Shown here in pieces: positions 12,381 through 26,199 of a DNA stretch of 64,000 bases (positions are counted from its first letter, which is position 1; the number at the start of each line of letters is the position of its first letter). The position numbers were made by a program, and so were the translations under genes. The notes under the pieces were generated by a model, which did not search any database, was not told the origin of the DNA, and worked only from the letters and a program-made list of their open reading frames with translations. Location of the stretch: positions 6,758,001-6,822,000 of the forward strand of contig NC_090404.1 of the NCBI RefSeq assembly GCF_036365525.1, written 5' to 3'. The DNA is from Heterodontus francisci. Lineage: Eukaryota.

Positions 12381-13273
12381 ATCATTATATGAAACAAAAA
12401 AAACAATAACACTACGACCAACCAAGGGGGATCACAATGCTTAATTCTTTCCAGACAGTTCACTCTCTGCTTCCTGTACCGTCGCAGGTTAACACCATCT
12501 CTTTAACCCATGCAGTTCTATTTTCTGAATGTCCTCTTATGTGGTATGTTATCTAATGTCATTTGAAAGCCCATATGTCCAACCTTGATGCTACCAACAT
12601 CGACAATCTCTTTTCCATACTGTTGGTGAGCGAGCTTTCAATATCTGACCAATAAGCCTCAAGTGTTTGAATTGTCCACACAAAACAGAAGTGAGAGTTG
12701 ACCATGTCATCAATAACACTTCAGGAACTTGTGTCCTTCCTTGCCTGGAACCTACTGATATTCACTCGAAGTATAATGTGTAAGTAATGTCAATATCAGA
12801 TATCTATAGAAGAAACCTGTCCTGACGTTCACGTTATGGTCGGTGCAAGCAACAAGAAGATGTGTCCGTAACGACACAGTCAGCAGCACCAGTTCTCACT
12901 GGTGAGGGGTGGGAAGATACTTTGGAAAATTAAATGGACCATTTCAAGAACAACATTTCAAGAGACGGATTTTTAGGAATCGGATTTAATTCGTATTATT
13001 AATTGAGCTGGAGGGAGAAGCAAACTCGGGAGAGATCCATTCAGTAGAATAAGATAGAACACAAATCACAATCTTCAAGTACTCAGAAGGAAAGTGATAT
13101 TCAATGCCGAGTCATCTAAAACTTTAATTCCAGAAAGGAGGTTGTGAAAGATTCCCTCTGAAATCTGTGTACTAAATGATTCAGTCCATGTTTCAAAGTA
13201 GACTTCAACTATTTATTGAAAAAGTTCTTTATTGTTGTGGGAATATAGAAGATTAAAATGAAGTCTGGTAGAG

Positions 13274-13610
13274 TTTAGTTTAGATATACAGCACTGAAAC
13301 AGGCCCTTCGGCCCACCGAGTCTGTGCCGACCATCAACCACCCATTTATAATAATCCCATATTCCTGCCATATCCTCACCTGTCCCTCTATTTCCCTACC
13401 ACCTACCTATACTAGGGGCAATTTATAATAGCCAATTTACCTATCAACCTGCAAGTCTTTTGGCTTGTGGGAGGAAACCGGAGCACCCGGAGAAAACCCA
13501 CGCAGACACAGGGAGAACTTGCAAACTCCGCACAGTCCGTACCCAGAATCAAACCCGGGTCCCTGGAGCTGTGAGGCTGCGGTGCTAACCACTGCGCCAC
13601 TGTGCCGCCC
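13274..13610 (-). mobile_element. HE1-type V-SINE
   Basis: Same A/B boxes, core and tail as the other copies. Absent at the paralogous site near 61762. Confidence 0.88.
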
Positions 13611-13857
13611 AGGCGTGATGTGAATCACGAATGTTTACCCAGAAATTCAGAAACCAATTTGCCCAGATCAGTGAGTTGGACTGCAGAGGGCACTGATTTA
13701 AAATCAGCGTGAAAGGAATGAAGGAAGAGGGTATGAATCTACTTTTCTACACAGGGGTTGTTAGGATCTGGGATGTCCTATCAGAAAGAGAGCTGTAAAC
13801 AGAATCCAAAACAGCTGGATAAAATGGAGCTTCAGAAAAGAAGATTAGGAATTGGAA

Positions 13858-14069
13858 TAAAAACAAGAAATGTTGGAAATACTCAGCAGGTCTGGCAGCA
13901 TCTGTGGAGAGAGAAGCTGAATTAACGTTTAAGGTCAGTTCTGATGAAGGGTCTGACCTGAAACGTTAACTCGGTTTCTGTCTCCACAGATGCTGCCAGA
14001 CCTGCTGAGAATTTCCTGTATTTCTTGTTTTTATTTCCGATTTCCTGCATCCGCAGTATATTGCTTTGA
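13858..14069. mobile_element. Penelope-derived inverted-repeat (hairpin) insert with hammerhead-like core
   Basis: Arms AAAAACAAGAAATG...AACGTTT / AAACGTTAAC...TTCTTGTTTTT. Flanked by ATTAGGAATTGGAA (13844-13857) and ATTAGTAATTGGAA (14070-14083). Empty site in the paralog near 61540. Confidence 0.8.
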
Positions 14070-14794
14070 ATTAGTAATTGGAAGGTCAGCGGGATCGCTG
14101 GAGTGATCTTTCACAGGCTTGATGGACCGAATGGCCTCTTTCTCTGCTATCATTTCTATTATTTTATAATCCTGGGTCATGTACATGCTCGGATTTGTTG
14201 TAGGTTTTTTATGGGAAAATAATGAAATGACTTTGCCTGGGAGTCAAGTTTCGAGTTATGAACTCTGTTTATAAGCACACAATGCGATGCCTCTTTTTAA
14301 GAGTAGTCGCAATTTGACGGTGGGGAAAGGTGGGGGTGGGCGTGGGTTGGAGGGGGTGGGGGTGTTTGGAGAGATGGGGGAACCCAGTATTCAATTTGCA
14401 GAGAGTAAATTTCCCAAAACTGCAATTAATAAATGCCGAGTGCTTTTTTTTTTTTTTGGCAAAGTGCTGTTGGTTTGGAAATAATTACTGGTGGAATAGC
14501 GGGGAAACTCCTCTTCCAGATTAGTCCAATGGAAGGTACTTTATTGCGAGGACTTCTAAAGGCTCTTACTTTTGTAATGTGACAGGTCCTGAAAGAGAGG
14601 TGTTTTCCTGACCAGGGCACCGACATGCGATTATCATTAAATGATGGAACTGATAGAAGCACAAATGCGGATGAAGGTTTTAATCGGAAAATATTAGAAT
14701 CAGTTTCTAGCTGGAGTGAAATTCCGAGTTGTCTGGTTACTTAATAAGCAAAAATCACAGAGTCTAACTTGTTCAATCTGCCATTCTTTCCCAG

Positions 14795-15091
14795 CGACAC
14801 CGTCTCCCCCAACCCTTTACGGCCTGTGCTCCTGTGAACAACCCAACACCGGTGGCTCCGTGGCCTACGGCTGTTTGGCGATAGACTACATCCCCCAAAT
14901 CACCAGCGTTTCCTGGAAGAAAGATAAACAGACGATCACCACTGGACTGAAGACTTACCCATCAGTGATGAACAAGAAGGGAACCTACACCTTGAGCAGC
15001 CAGTTAACCATCACCGAGTCAGAGGTGGGAAGCAGCAAAATCTACTGCGAGGTTCAACGTGGAGAGTCACTCTGGATCAAAGAAATTCCAG
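14795..15091 (+). CDS. IGHM: IgM CH1 exon
   Basis: AG/GT flanks. [14 protein letters not shown]...YGCLAIDY...SWKKD...IYCEV...KEIP. 297 nt, open. Confidence 0.95.
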
Positions 15092-15302
15092 GTTAGTGTT
15101 GTGGAAACTGTGAAAGACAGAAAAGCCATAATGATCTTTTGTTAAGCTTTGGCTATATCACATTTAGAGCATTGTGCACAGTTCTAATTCCTGGAGATTC
15201 CAGTTAGTGTCTGCTTGACATCAAATAATCTGTTAAAATGTAAGAACAGTTTGCAATAGTTATTAATTTCAACGAGAAATGTCTAACATGTTTTTCTTGA
15301 AG

Positions 15303-15620
15303 ATTGTCAAGGTGACATCATCCATCCAACTGTTATCCTCACCCAGAGTTCCAGTGAAGAAATCACAAGCAGCAGATTTGCAACTGTCGTGTGTTCAATC
15401 ATCGATTTCCATCCAGAGTCAATAACCGTGAGTTGGTTGAAGGATGGACAACCTATGGATTCGGGCTTCATCACCTCTCCTGCCTGTGAAGTGAACGGAA
15501 ACTTCTCAGCGACCAGTCGGCTGACAGTCCCCACTGGGGAATGGTTCACCAACACGGTCTATACCTGCCAGGTCTCTCATCAAGCGGTCACCCAAAGCCG
15601 AAACATCAGCGGATCTCAGG
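15303..15620 (+). CDS. IGHM: IgM CH2 exon
   Basis: AG/GT flanks. [11 protein letters not shown]...[20 protein letters not shown]...YTCQVSH. 318 nt, open. Confidence 0.95.
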
Positions 15621-15839
15621 GTAAGAGACACAAACCGAGAAAGCTCCAGATCATTCTGTTCCCTGATGAATATCAAAGGGAGGAATTTATTGGAATTAAT
15701 ACAAATCACAGAACAATTTCTAATTTACCATCATGTAGGGTTTTTTTTTGCTTTGTTGCACTGTGAGTGATGAATTAGATTTGCTCATGGTTCAACATGT
15801 TATTACATCACCAAATAATGGTTCCCTCTGCTTTGATGC

Positions 15840-17791
15840 AAGAACACAAGAAATAGGAGCAGAAGTAGACCATTCAGCCCATCGAGTCTGCTGCGCCATT
15901 CAATACGATAATGGATGAGCTTGAGCTTCAATTCCACTTTTCTACCCGCACCCCATGTCCCTTGATTCCCTTACAGACCAAAAATCTATCTCTCCCAGCC
16001 TGAAATGTATTAAATGATGGAGCATCCACAACCGTCGGTGGCAGAGAATTCCAAAGTTTCACAACCCTTTGAGTGCAGCAATTTCTTCTCATCTCAGTCC
16101 TGAATTATTGGCTCCTTATCATGAGGCTGTTTTCCCGTGTTTTAGAGTGCCTGACCAATGGGAACAAATTCTCAGCTTCTCTCTATCAAGCCATTTCAGA
16201 ATCTTGTATATCTCAATTAGATTGCCTCTCATTCTTCTGAACTCCAGAGAATGTAGGCCCAATTTACTCAGTCTGCCGTCACCGGACAAGCCCATCAACC
16301 AATGGGGCCAATTTAGTAAATCTTCGCAGCACTGCCTCAAGTACAAGTACATCCTTTCTTAAATGTGGAGGCCAAAACTGCACATAGTATTCCATTTGTG
16401 ATCTCACCAAAGCGCTGTGCAATTTTGGTAAGACTTCTTTATTCCTGTGCTCCAATCTCCTTGCAAAAAAGGCCAACATGCCATTTACCTTCCAATTAGC
16501 CGGATGCACTTGTATGTTGAATTTGTGCGTTCCTTGTTCGAGTACCCCCAAGTCTCTTTGAACATCAACACTAACCATTTTCACTCCTTCCAAACATATT
16601 TGCCTTTTCTATTTTTACGACCAAAGTGAACAATTTCAGAAATCCCTATATAATACTCAATTTGCCAACTTGTTGACCACTCACTTAACTTGGCTATATC
16701 TCTTTGCAGCCTCTCCATATCCTCCCCACAGCTTACCTTTCCACTGAACTTTGTATCATCAGCAAACTTAGATACATTACTCTCTGTCTTTTCTTCCAAG
16801 TCATTAATATAGAGTGTAAATAGCTGATTCTTGTGGCACCCCACTATTTACTGCCTTCCAACTTAAAAATGCCTCATTTATGCCCACTCTCTGCTTCCTG
16901 TCTGTTTACCAATCCTTTGTCGGGGCTGATATACTACCTCCAGCACCATGAGCCCTAACCTTGCCTATTATTCTTTTTTGTGGCACCTCACCGAATGCCT
17001 TTTGAAAATCCAGGAATACTACATCTGCTGGCTCCCCTTTATCTACCCGACTCGTTACATCCTCAGAAAACACTAACGCATTTGTCAAACAGCATCTCCC
17101 TTTAGTAACACCACGCTGACTTGTTCTAATCATACTATGCTTTTCCAAGTGTAATGTGAAGACTTCTTTAAAAATAGTTTCCAGCATCTTTCCAACGACT
17201 GACGTCAGGTTAACTGGCCTGTAGTTCCTTTTTTTTGCTCTACCTCCTTTCTTGAAAAGCGGCGTTACTTTTGCCAACATCCAAGCTGATGGGACCATTC
17301 CTGAATCTAAGGAATTCTGGAAAGTCATAACCATCACATCCACTATCTCTGCAGTTATCTCTTTTAGAATCCCAGGATGTAGGCCATCTGGTCCTGGGAA
17401 CTTGTCAGATTTTACTCTGCCAAGTTACTCCAATACCTTTTCTCAGCTGATATCAATATCCTTAATTTTCTCACTCTTTTTAGCCCCAAGGCTACTGCCT
17501 GTTTCTGGTATGGAACTTGTGTCTTCTACTGTGAAGACAGACACAAAATATTTGTTCAATGCCTCTGCCACTTCCTCATTCCCCATGATGATTTCTCCTG
17601 TCTCTGCCTCTAAGGGACCAACGTCTACTTTAGCTACTCTGTTCCTTTTTATGTACTTCTAAAAGATCTTCCAAACTATTTTTATATTGATGGCTAGTTT
17701 ACTCTCAAATTCTATTTTATTCCCCTTTTTATCAACTTTTTGGTGGCCCTTTGCTGTTTTCTAAAACTCCCAATCCTCAGTCTTACATCTA
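15840..17791 (-). mobile_element. CR1-like LINE fragment in the CH2-CH3 intron
   Basis: RT pieces NYRPVNLTSVVGK, DFQKAF, SKFADDTK, MEYYVQFW. TTGATG flanks both ends. Absent in the paralog near 59830. Confidence 0.88.
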
Positions 17792-17929
17792 ATTGATGTC
17801 ACATAGTGAGTGAGGTGGCCTTGATATCAGGTTTATCTTGAGTTGGCTGATCATATTCAGAGCGGCAATAAGTGGCAGGACGTTTCCTGGTTACAGCCTC
17901 GGGATCAAGCGCCAGAAAGAGTATCGATT

Positions 17930-18460
17930 TAGAAAACTGTGTTCAATTCAGAACTCCGGAGTTTAGGAGGAATCTATTGGCCGTGGGAGTGGTGCAACAG
18001 AAACTGACTTGAATTGTAGCGGGGCTGAACGGGTTAAATTAAGCGAACAGATTTAACAGGCCAATCTGGCATTGCTTTCAGGATTGAAGGGGGGTGTAAT
18101 TGAGGTGTTTAAGATGTTTACTGCAATTGATGGAGTCGATGGAGAAAAAAATATTTCCTCTGGTGAGGGACTCGAGAGCAAGGGGGCATAACTTTCAAAT
18201 TAGACCAAGGTTATTCAGGGATGATATCAGGAAGCTAACATTTACACGGTGGGTATCAGTGATCTGGAATTCTCTCCCTCAACTCGCTCTTTATGTTTGG
18301 CATCAATTGTAAATTTTAATGTTGAGATTGATAGATGTATGCCAGGCAAGGCTATGAAGGATTGCATATGGGGAGACGGGATTAAGATGCAGGTCAGCCA
18401 TTGCCTAATTGAATGGCGGAACAGGCTGGAGGGGCTGAATGTCCTACGCTTTTTCCTTTG
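17930..18460 (+). mobile_element. Old decayed CR1 3' fragment shared with cluster 2 (59160-59690)
   Basis: FPLV...SRARGH...WNSLP peptide remnants and a CR1 tail. Present in both paralogs. Confidence 0.6.
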
Positions 18461-19201
18461 TTTCTATTACTGCCCTCTTGTCAGATCGCCTTCTGACTGC
18501 AGACTGACATATGAGGCGTTCTGACTCATGACAGATATTCGGAAACTGCCTCACACTGTTCTTGAAAGTTATTCTGCACTTCAAAAAGATTCCTTAGAAG
18601 TGCATTTTCCCGATCTTTCACCCCTCCTCCGATTGGTTCCGACATATTTTCCTCTCCCCAAATATCGTGACATGGCGCCAGAAAATTAAAGTTGTTTCCT
18701 CTTGGGCCTAAAATTCAGGATATCATTTGACTCTCGTTATGAACCAGTGTGAATTAGATATTTAGCTCGTGGGTGTGAGAGCCATTATATTCAGAGGACA
18801 TGTCATCCGGGGCAAGGACTGTTAGACGGGCGGAAATACGAACAAACGAACATCCGAATTAGGAGCAGGAGTCGGCCCTTCGAGCTTGCTCCGAAGGGAT
18901 TTTGGGAAGAATTTTATTCAGTGCACAACACAGTTTCTCCCGCAATTATTCGATTTTTACGCCGGGTACTTGCTTCAAAGCCCCATTACAGGCTTCTTAG
19001 GGTGCAAGTGCACAGTGCATGTTATAGAATCACCCGGAAGCTTTTTCAGGTTGTTGTCCTTCCAATAAACGATATTATTTAAGCAACAGCTTGAGGTCGA
19101 TATCTCGAAGTTGATTTATTCTCCGAGAGACAGTGAAGGCTGAATATTGGTGTCTGATTCTGAAGATGAATCTTTGTTTTATTTCCATTTCTGTTTTACA
19201 G

Positions 19202-19510
19202 TTCCTTGTTCCTGCAATGATCCAGTAATTAAACTACTGCCACCATCAATAGAACAGGTCTTACTGGAGGCGACGGTGACCTTAACCTGCGTCGTGTCTA
19301 ATGCTCGTTATGGCATCAACGTGTCCTGGACACAAGAACAGAAGCCTTTGAAATCTGAGATTGCCGTGCAACCCGGAGAGGATCCCGACAGTGTGATCAG
19401 CACCGTAGACATCTCGACACAATCCTGGCTGAGTGGGGCTGAGTTCTACTGCGTGGTGAGCCATCAGGATCTGCCGACTCCTCTCAGAGATTCCATCCAC
19501 AAGGAAAAAG
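19202..19510 (+). CDS. IGHM: IgM CH3 exon
   Basis: AG/GT flanks. [20 protein letters not shown]...LTCVVS...[19 protein letters not shown]. 309 nt, open. Confidence 0.95.
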
Positions 19511-20012
19511 GTGAGCAGTGAGATTGAAGCAATAAGTGAGAGGTTGTGCTTATTTCCGGTGTTTGTTCAAGGAACAATTCGTCCTATTAAGTGTTCTCAT
19601 GGATTATTCTGATAATTCAATTGTAATTCCACAAACGAAACCCTCTGGAACCAGAGGTGATGCATTTAAGGGGAAGCTAGATAAGTAGATGAGGGAGAAT
19701 TGAATAGAAGGAGATGAAGTGAGGTGGGGGGAGGTTCGTGGGCGGCATAAACACCAGCAAAGGCTAGCTGGGCTGAATGGCCTATTCCTGTGCTTTTTAC
19801 TTCTATGTAATTTTCCAGTCTAATCCTTTAAGTTCCCTGCGAATGGGGTTGCATCCACCTCTGCTCCGGGCTGGAAAACAGGACCGGCTGCAGAGGGGAA
19901 AAGGAAAACCTTTAAAATTCAGCACAATGCACATTCCTCTCACAGCTAATCACCGGTTTCATTGTCTCTGGAATTCTCCAGTTTATTGACATTTATTTTA
20001 ATTTTTCTGCAG

Positions 20013-20404
20013 TAAAAGATTTGCGGGAACCGTTCTTGTCTGTCTTCCTGGCCCCGGCAGAAGATGTCGCCGCTCAGAGGTTCCTCTCCCTCACCTGCTT
20101 TGTGAGAGGTTTCTCCCCCCGACAGATCTTCGTCAAGTGGACCGTCAATGACAAGTCGGTGAATCCCGGCAACTACAAGAACACCGAGGTGATGGCGGCG
20201 AACGACAATAGCTCCTTCTTCATCTACAGCCTGTTATCCATTGCAGCGGAGGAGTGGGCCAGTGGCGCTTCTTACTCCTGTGTTGTGGGACATGAAGCGA
20301 TCCCCTTGAAGATCATCAACAGAACAGTTAATAAATCCAGCGGTAAACCGAGAATTGTGAACATTTCCCTTGCAGTGTTGGACACCGTTAATTCATGTCA
20401 ATGA
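20013..20404 (+). CDS. IGHM: IgM CH4 exon plus secretory tailpiece (membrane-form donor after 20342)
   Basis: KDLREP...[10 protein letters not shown]...WTVND...[11 protein letters not shown]...[23 protein letters not shown]-stop. Penultimate Cys and NIS sequon. Internal G|GTAAA donor. Confidence 0.95.
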
Positions 20405-20432
20405 GAATCTCTTGATTGCATTTTAATTCTTA

Positions 20433-20448
20433 AATAAAAATCAATAAA
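20433..20448 (+). terminator. Secretory-form polyadenylation signals
   Basis: AATAAA at 20433-20438 and 20443-20448, just after the stop codon. Confidence 0.75.
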
Positions 20449-21499
20449 TACCTTTTCCTCCAATCACGATTTAAATACACAAGCGCTCAATTAATTCTGC
20501 TTCCCACATTTGCTAAGGATAGGTCTATTCATCTAAAGTAGGATATTTGCAGATCTCGGGCCCAAGTCTTGTACAATCAGTACTCCCAGCTCAGATACCA
20601 CAGGTTAGTGACAGAGCAAAACTGATTCATTTCCAGGATTCCGTCAGGTACCATCAGCAACTTAGCTTTCCTCCTGCCTTGTCGGGGGGATATATGAAAA
20701 TTTCCCTTCTCCAACGAGCAAACAAAGCGCATTTATATATCGGTATTCCTGCTTCTCGTGTTGTCCACCCCTTCAGTATTGAGGTCAGTTTGCAGTTTCA
20801 GCATCAAATGCTCTGGGAACTGAACCGAGGGCCACACACAAGTACGATCTGTACTCACAATTCTCCATCAGAAAGAGGGGAAAGTACAATTTATTAACCT
20901 ACTGTAGATGCACTTACTAAACAGAGAGGGGGAATGGGTAATTGTTAGTCCACTGTTACTCCGTTTCACCAATAGAGAGCGAAGGCAATTGTGGACCTAC
21001 TGTAATAGGCCCCCCACCCCTCACCAATTCCTCGACAGAGAAAGGAGTAAGGGCATTTGTTAACCCACTATACTCCCACTACCCCTGCAGAGAGATTGGA
21101 AGCCAACTGCTCTTCATGATCGGATTCAATTGCCATCAGTTCAACGTCGGCTTCTGGTTCACTGGGCGAAGGTTTAAACGTTCCACTTGGGAAGCATATT
21201 GCAAAATATATCTTTATGCAACATGATATCTTAAAACTTTTCCCTGTTGGCCACGTTCCCTGACAGATTAAATTCCAATAGTCTAAATCTAACTGGTGAT
21301 TTAATCATCCACTATACCTGTTGTGCCGAGGCCCATCATTTTCATTGTTGCATTTATCCAGCTGATGTCGTATTGCATCTCGCACAGAATAGATTTACGC
21401 ACAGAACGATAAAGAATATTCTCTGCAGTGCACACCGTCGGTGCTAGACGCGATTATTTGTACTCTCTGAAACTTCGAATAATGATAAAAATGTGCAGG

Positions 21500-22760
21500 C
21501 ACACGGACATAAACACACACATAAACACACTCACATGCACAAACACACATATGCATGTGCACGCACAAACAAACCCAAACGCAGATATAAAGATTCCCAC
21601 AGTCACATACGCAAACACGAACATAAATGCACACGTTAGTACAGTCTCACGAAAGCAGAAACCTTGACATAAAATCAGACACTATCATACACATTAACAC
21701 ATAGATGGACACATAGGGCGGCACAGTGGCGCAGTGGTTAGCACCGCAGCCTCACAGCTCCAGGGACCCGGGTTCGATTCCAGGTACTGCCTGTGTGGAG
21801 TTTGCAAGTTCTCCCTGTGTCTGCGTGGGTTTTCTCCGGGTGCTCCGGTTTCCTCCCACAAGCCAAAAGACTTGCAGGTTGATAGGTAAATTGGCTATAA
21901 TAAATTGTCACTAGTGTAGGTAGGTGGTAGGGAAATATAGGGACAGGTGGGGATGTTTGGTAGGAATATGGGATTAGTGTAGGATTAGTATAAATGGGTG
22001 GTTGATGTTCGGCACAGACTCGGTGGGCCGAAGGGCCTGTTTCAGTGCTGTATCTCTAATCTAAATACACTCGCATATTAACAGACTCACGTATATATGC
22101 ACACACACAGATAAACAGATATCTTAACACATTAACACACTCGCTCACAAACAAATAGACACCAATATTAACATGGATACACAGGCACGCACATAAGCAC
22201 ATACATTAGCACACATGCACACATAAACACACATTAACATATGCATTGATACATAAACGTAGACATCAACAAAAACACACATTAGCACACTCATGGGGAC
22301 ACAAGCAGGCATAAATAACACATTATCACACACATGGACATATAAACACACATTGGCACACAGGGAAACATAAGCACATCCATCAACACAGAAACACACA
22401 CATTAACACACGCATAGGGACTCAGACACCCACATAAATAAACATTAACCGCTCATAAACAAAGATGGACAGAGACATACACACACACATCCACACACAC
22501 CACATACACACATACACACACACACACACATACCACACACACAGACGGCTCCTTTATTAGAAAGATCAATGCACATTGGCACATTAACTCAAATTAACAT
22601 ACATAGACAGGAATTAACATATAAACACGCGAATTGACACACACATGTGCACCTAAACAACTACATTGTCCCACACATTAACACTCACACACACACGTAC
22701 AGATGGAAACAGAGAGTGATGCAAAGGAAGATACTCGTACACATTTGCACAAACAATAAA
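21500..22760. repeat. CA-rich low-complexity tract (paralog about 54900-56150)
   Basis: Imperfect (CA)n/ACACATTA runs, interrupted by a SINE. Confidence 0.8.
21716..22064 (+). mobile_element. HE1-type V-SINE, full length
   Basis: A box TGGCGCAGTGG, B box GGTTCGATTCC, V-SINE core and TCTAA tail. Confidence 0.9.
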
Positions 22761-23356
22761 TGCACAGACAAAAAAGCCAGGCTGTTGACGAAAGTAGAAT
22801 TCAAATGCACTAATTGAATTAACACCATCTCCAACAATTTCCCGAATGCATGGTGGACCTAAAAAGATAATGAAGCACAATTCCCACTTCGAAACTGAGG
22901 AAAATAAATGATTTTCACGCGACATTCATCACATACAAACAAGAATGGAACTCACATCCGAGCTTTTACTCAGCACAATTGACAATCTACAAATAAGTAG
23001 ATATCCGAACCCATCTTCAAAATAATTGTTATTGATCAGCAAACCTCCCACGATATCTCATATCTCACCATAATAATCCCTTAAGAAAAACCGCAACTGG
23101 ATCTAAAATAAAAAAGCGCCTGAAACTGAAGAAAAACTGACACAGTTTCCAATAAGGCCTGGAGGACGATCATAAAGGAAGAACGATTGTGGAGTTGGCA
23201 ACAGAGATAGATTACTGAGCATGATTAACTTAATAGCCACACATTGAAAATTAAATTAGAGAACCAATAATAGCTTAAGGAAGAGACATTCGAATGCAAA
23301 ATATATGCTGGATTAATAAACTATTTGAATATATTTCCTCCTCTATATCCGCGTAG

Positions 23357-23484
23357 ATTCCTCAGACCACATCTGGATTGAAGACAATGAGGAAGAGAGC
23401 GGCAACATCTGGACAACCGCTTCCACATTCATCATCCTGTTCTTCCTGAGCATTTTCTACAGTGCTGCCCTCACTCTGGTGAAG
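23357..23484 (+). CDS. IGHM: IgM TM1 exon
   Basis: [43 protein letters not shown], with the conserved antigen-receptor TM motif and AG/GT flanks. Confidence 0.95.
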
Positions 23485-23623
23485 GTGAGAATATTCAATC
23501 CACTCACACTTCAATTTAACTGAAGTTGTTTCACATATCTCTAAAAGTTTCATAAATTTAACCTTGAGATGAATGTCCCGAACCACGAAATCTCTGCTTC
23601 ACTCCTTTATCCCTCTTTTACAG

Positions 23624-23632
23624 GTCAAGTGA
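23624..23632 (+). CDS. IGHM: IgM TM2 exon (VK-stop)
   Basis: Pyrimidine tract + CAG|GTC AAG TGA, giving the canonical KVK tail. Confidence 0.9.
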   Translation, partial: VK

Positions 23633-24752
23633 TCGATTGAATTGCGCTGCCCTGGAGTTTCCTCGTTTTTAAACATTTCTGCATAACGAAAATACTCTAA
23701 CAGTAAAATGCCTTCATTTTATGGTTGTGAATCTGTAGCTGAGAGAATCATAAATAGTATTTCCGTTTTCATCTTTAAAATATGTGGGATAATCGTGGCT
23801 CTAATGTAACTGCATCTTTGAGTTTCACCTTCATTTGAATTTCATGTGTAAATAAGTAACTATTCCTTATTCACATGTGGTCCCTTTTTATGTTGAGCCC
23901 CGTTTTCTCTTTCTGCTCTGTTTGTTTTACACAGAGCTGACAGCTCAGATCGTATGTGTTCTGTACTCAATGTGACGCAAATTTGTTATATTCATTTTGT
24001 ACCTTTTTTAAAATCCTCCCTGTAAAATGTTCTTTTTTAAAAAATTGTTTATAAATATTGAGTAACACATGGACTAACTTGGACTTGGCTGAATTCCTTG
24101 CCCGAAGAACCCTCGACACCGCTCCCTTTTCCCAATTACACGTTTCCTGACTTTCCTGACAGCTATTTTGCACCAGTCCTGTCCGGGTTGTGTTTAATCC
24201 CAAGTGTCTTGGGTGAAGGAGCTGCAGTGCCATCCAGAGTCCCTTCAGAGTAAAGACACCTTTCCTTCTGCCGTATTTTGCCAATCCCAGAGGCAGAATG
24301 ACCGGACAGTGACCAGGAGCACCTCACTGACTTCTCCCGTCTTATGGTCTGTCACAGTCATGTGCCAGGTTATATTAAAGAGCAGTGCTCTGCTCCATCG
24401 TAGTCTGATATATGGAGGAATACTGTCCCATCAAACTTTTCCAGGACAGGCACGGCAGAGGTTTGATAGATGAGCCTGGGGCACATCTGACACAAAAGAG
24501 AGCACAAATTGGAGGAATGATTCCAGGAGACTGAGGTCTATCAGATACAGAAACTCTGTCTTCACATTTTCTGTTATTCACACAACCCACACACTCCAGC
24601 TAATCTGCTTCACATGCACTTTCCACTTTTCTGTTATGCACACGCCAACTTTCTGCCTTCACCTTTTCTGCAATACCTGTAACCCCTGCCCCTCTGTCAC
24701 ATGTTTCTCTGATGACCTTTCTCTCTGTTCTACTCGATTCCGTCTGATACCA

Positions 24753-24847
24753 AAACAAGAAATGCTGGATTCACTCAGCAGGTCTGGCAGCATCTGTGGA
24801 AAGAGAAGCAGAGTTAACGTTTCGGGTCAGTGACCCTTCTTCAGAAC
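24753..24847 (-). mobile_element. ~95-bp Penelope-derived insert with 10-bp target-site duplication and hammerhead-like core
   Basis: TCTGATACCA at 24743-24752 and 24848-24857. The paralog near 52140 has a single copy and no insert. Confidence 0.8.
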
Positions 24848-26199
24848 TCTGATACCATCTCCCTGAACTCACTGAACATCACTCCAGGGATCCTCTCTCC
24901 CTGCTCAATTCCCTCTGATACCATCTGCCGAAAAGTCAGCCCCGGGATCCGCCAGTGAACTTCACACTTTCACAACCTGAAGTTTCTCTCCTCCTTCGTC
25001 ACTGTCTCATCAGATTCTTTCTGCACCTCCCGGACACGGGAACATCACCAGAGGTTTCTGTTCCGACCCCAGTATCTTCTGACATTGTCTTTTGAATGCT
25101 TTTTTCTCTGAACTCCTGATGTTCAAACGCGAGGTCTCCTGGGGTTGAATATCAAATCAGATTGAGGCAGAGAAGAATTAACGACCCTTCTTAAGGGCTC
25201 AGAATTATATTTGTGACGGGGTGGCGTTGATGCTTGAACTCGTTCTCTGTCCCAATATCTCTCCCCACTCCTCCCCCACCACTATCATTCCGGGCCATCC
25301 TGCCCTCTAAGCTGTACTTAGCTTTAGCCGCCCTCGCTGTGTCTCTCGGTCTTTCTGCCCTTTTCCAGGCAGGGGAAGTCTCATTGGTGACGCCCCCTTT
25401 AAGATGGAGAGACGAATCCCTTCGGGGTCACAGCTCTGAGTTCGGGGTCACAGGGGCTGGGAGGAGGATGGAGACGGCTCGTGACCCCGACCCTGAATCA
25501 ATGGGGGAAACAGCAAAGCACAGTACGGTGACGAGTGGGAAAGCATTGTGACGTCATCCACTGCAAGTCAAACCGATGTCCGCCATGTTTGTGAGATGTA
25601 ACATACTGCCAATATTTGCCGTTTATTTAAAAGAGCAACTGATTGAAACGAAAACCGACTTCACTTTCCATTAAAATGACCGCTCGATTTTAATCTATAA
25701 AAGTGAAAGTTTGGTCCACGCGGGGATATAAAAAGATTTGGTTAAACCTTTTGTGGATGTGCGCATTTGTTGCGGGTTGTCTCAGAATGCATCGCGGCCC
25801 GTGCCACAGATAGGGGCCTTTCTCAGCCACTGTCAATTATGGGACTCATTGCCCTCAATGGTCCAGTCATTACCAGAGTTAATATAAACCCAACTTCCTT
25901 CCAGCCAGTAACTGCTCGGGGTTTTAGTCCCCATAGACTTAAAAATGAGGTGCCAATCTGAGGATGCGATAACACAGAACTGCATACATGCTAAACAGCG
26001 GAAGCAGCATGCGATACACAGAGCTAAGTAGTCCCACAACCAATGGATCAGATTAAAGCTCCACAGTCCTGCCACATATAGTTATGAACGATGTTGGACA
26101 ATTAAACAGCTAACAGGGGAAAGAGGCTCCAAAAACACTCTCATCCTCAATGACGTGGGAGCCCAGCACGTCCGTACAAAAGACGGGGCTGAAGTGTCT

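Noticed and set aside
21716-21790. tRNA-like A/B boxes
   Set aside because: This is the SINE head, continuing into the V-SINE core, not a stand-alone tRNA gene.
21395-22925. Cys/Val- and His/Thr-rich ORFs (also 54826-56312)
   Set aside because: Artefacts of CA/TG low-complexity DNA.
4625-23632. IgW, IgNAR or NAR-TCR identity for cluster 1
   Set aside because: Four CH exons, a mu-type tailpiece, a KVK tail and a canonical VH with WGQG JH indicate IgM. No NAR-type V was seen.
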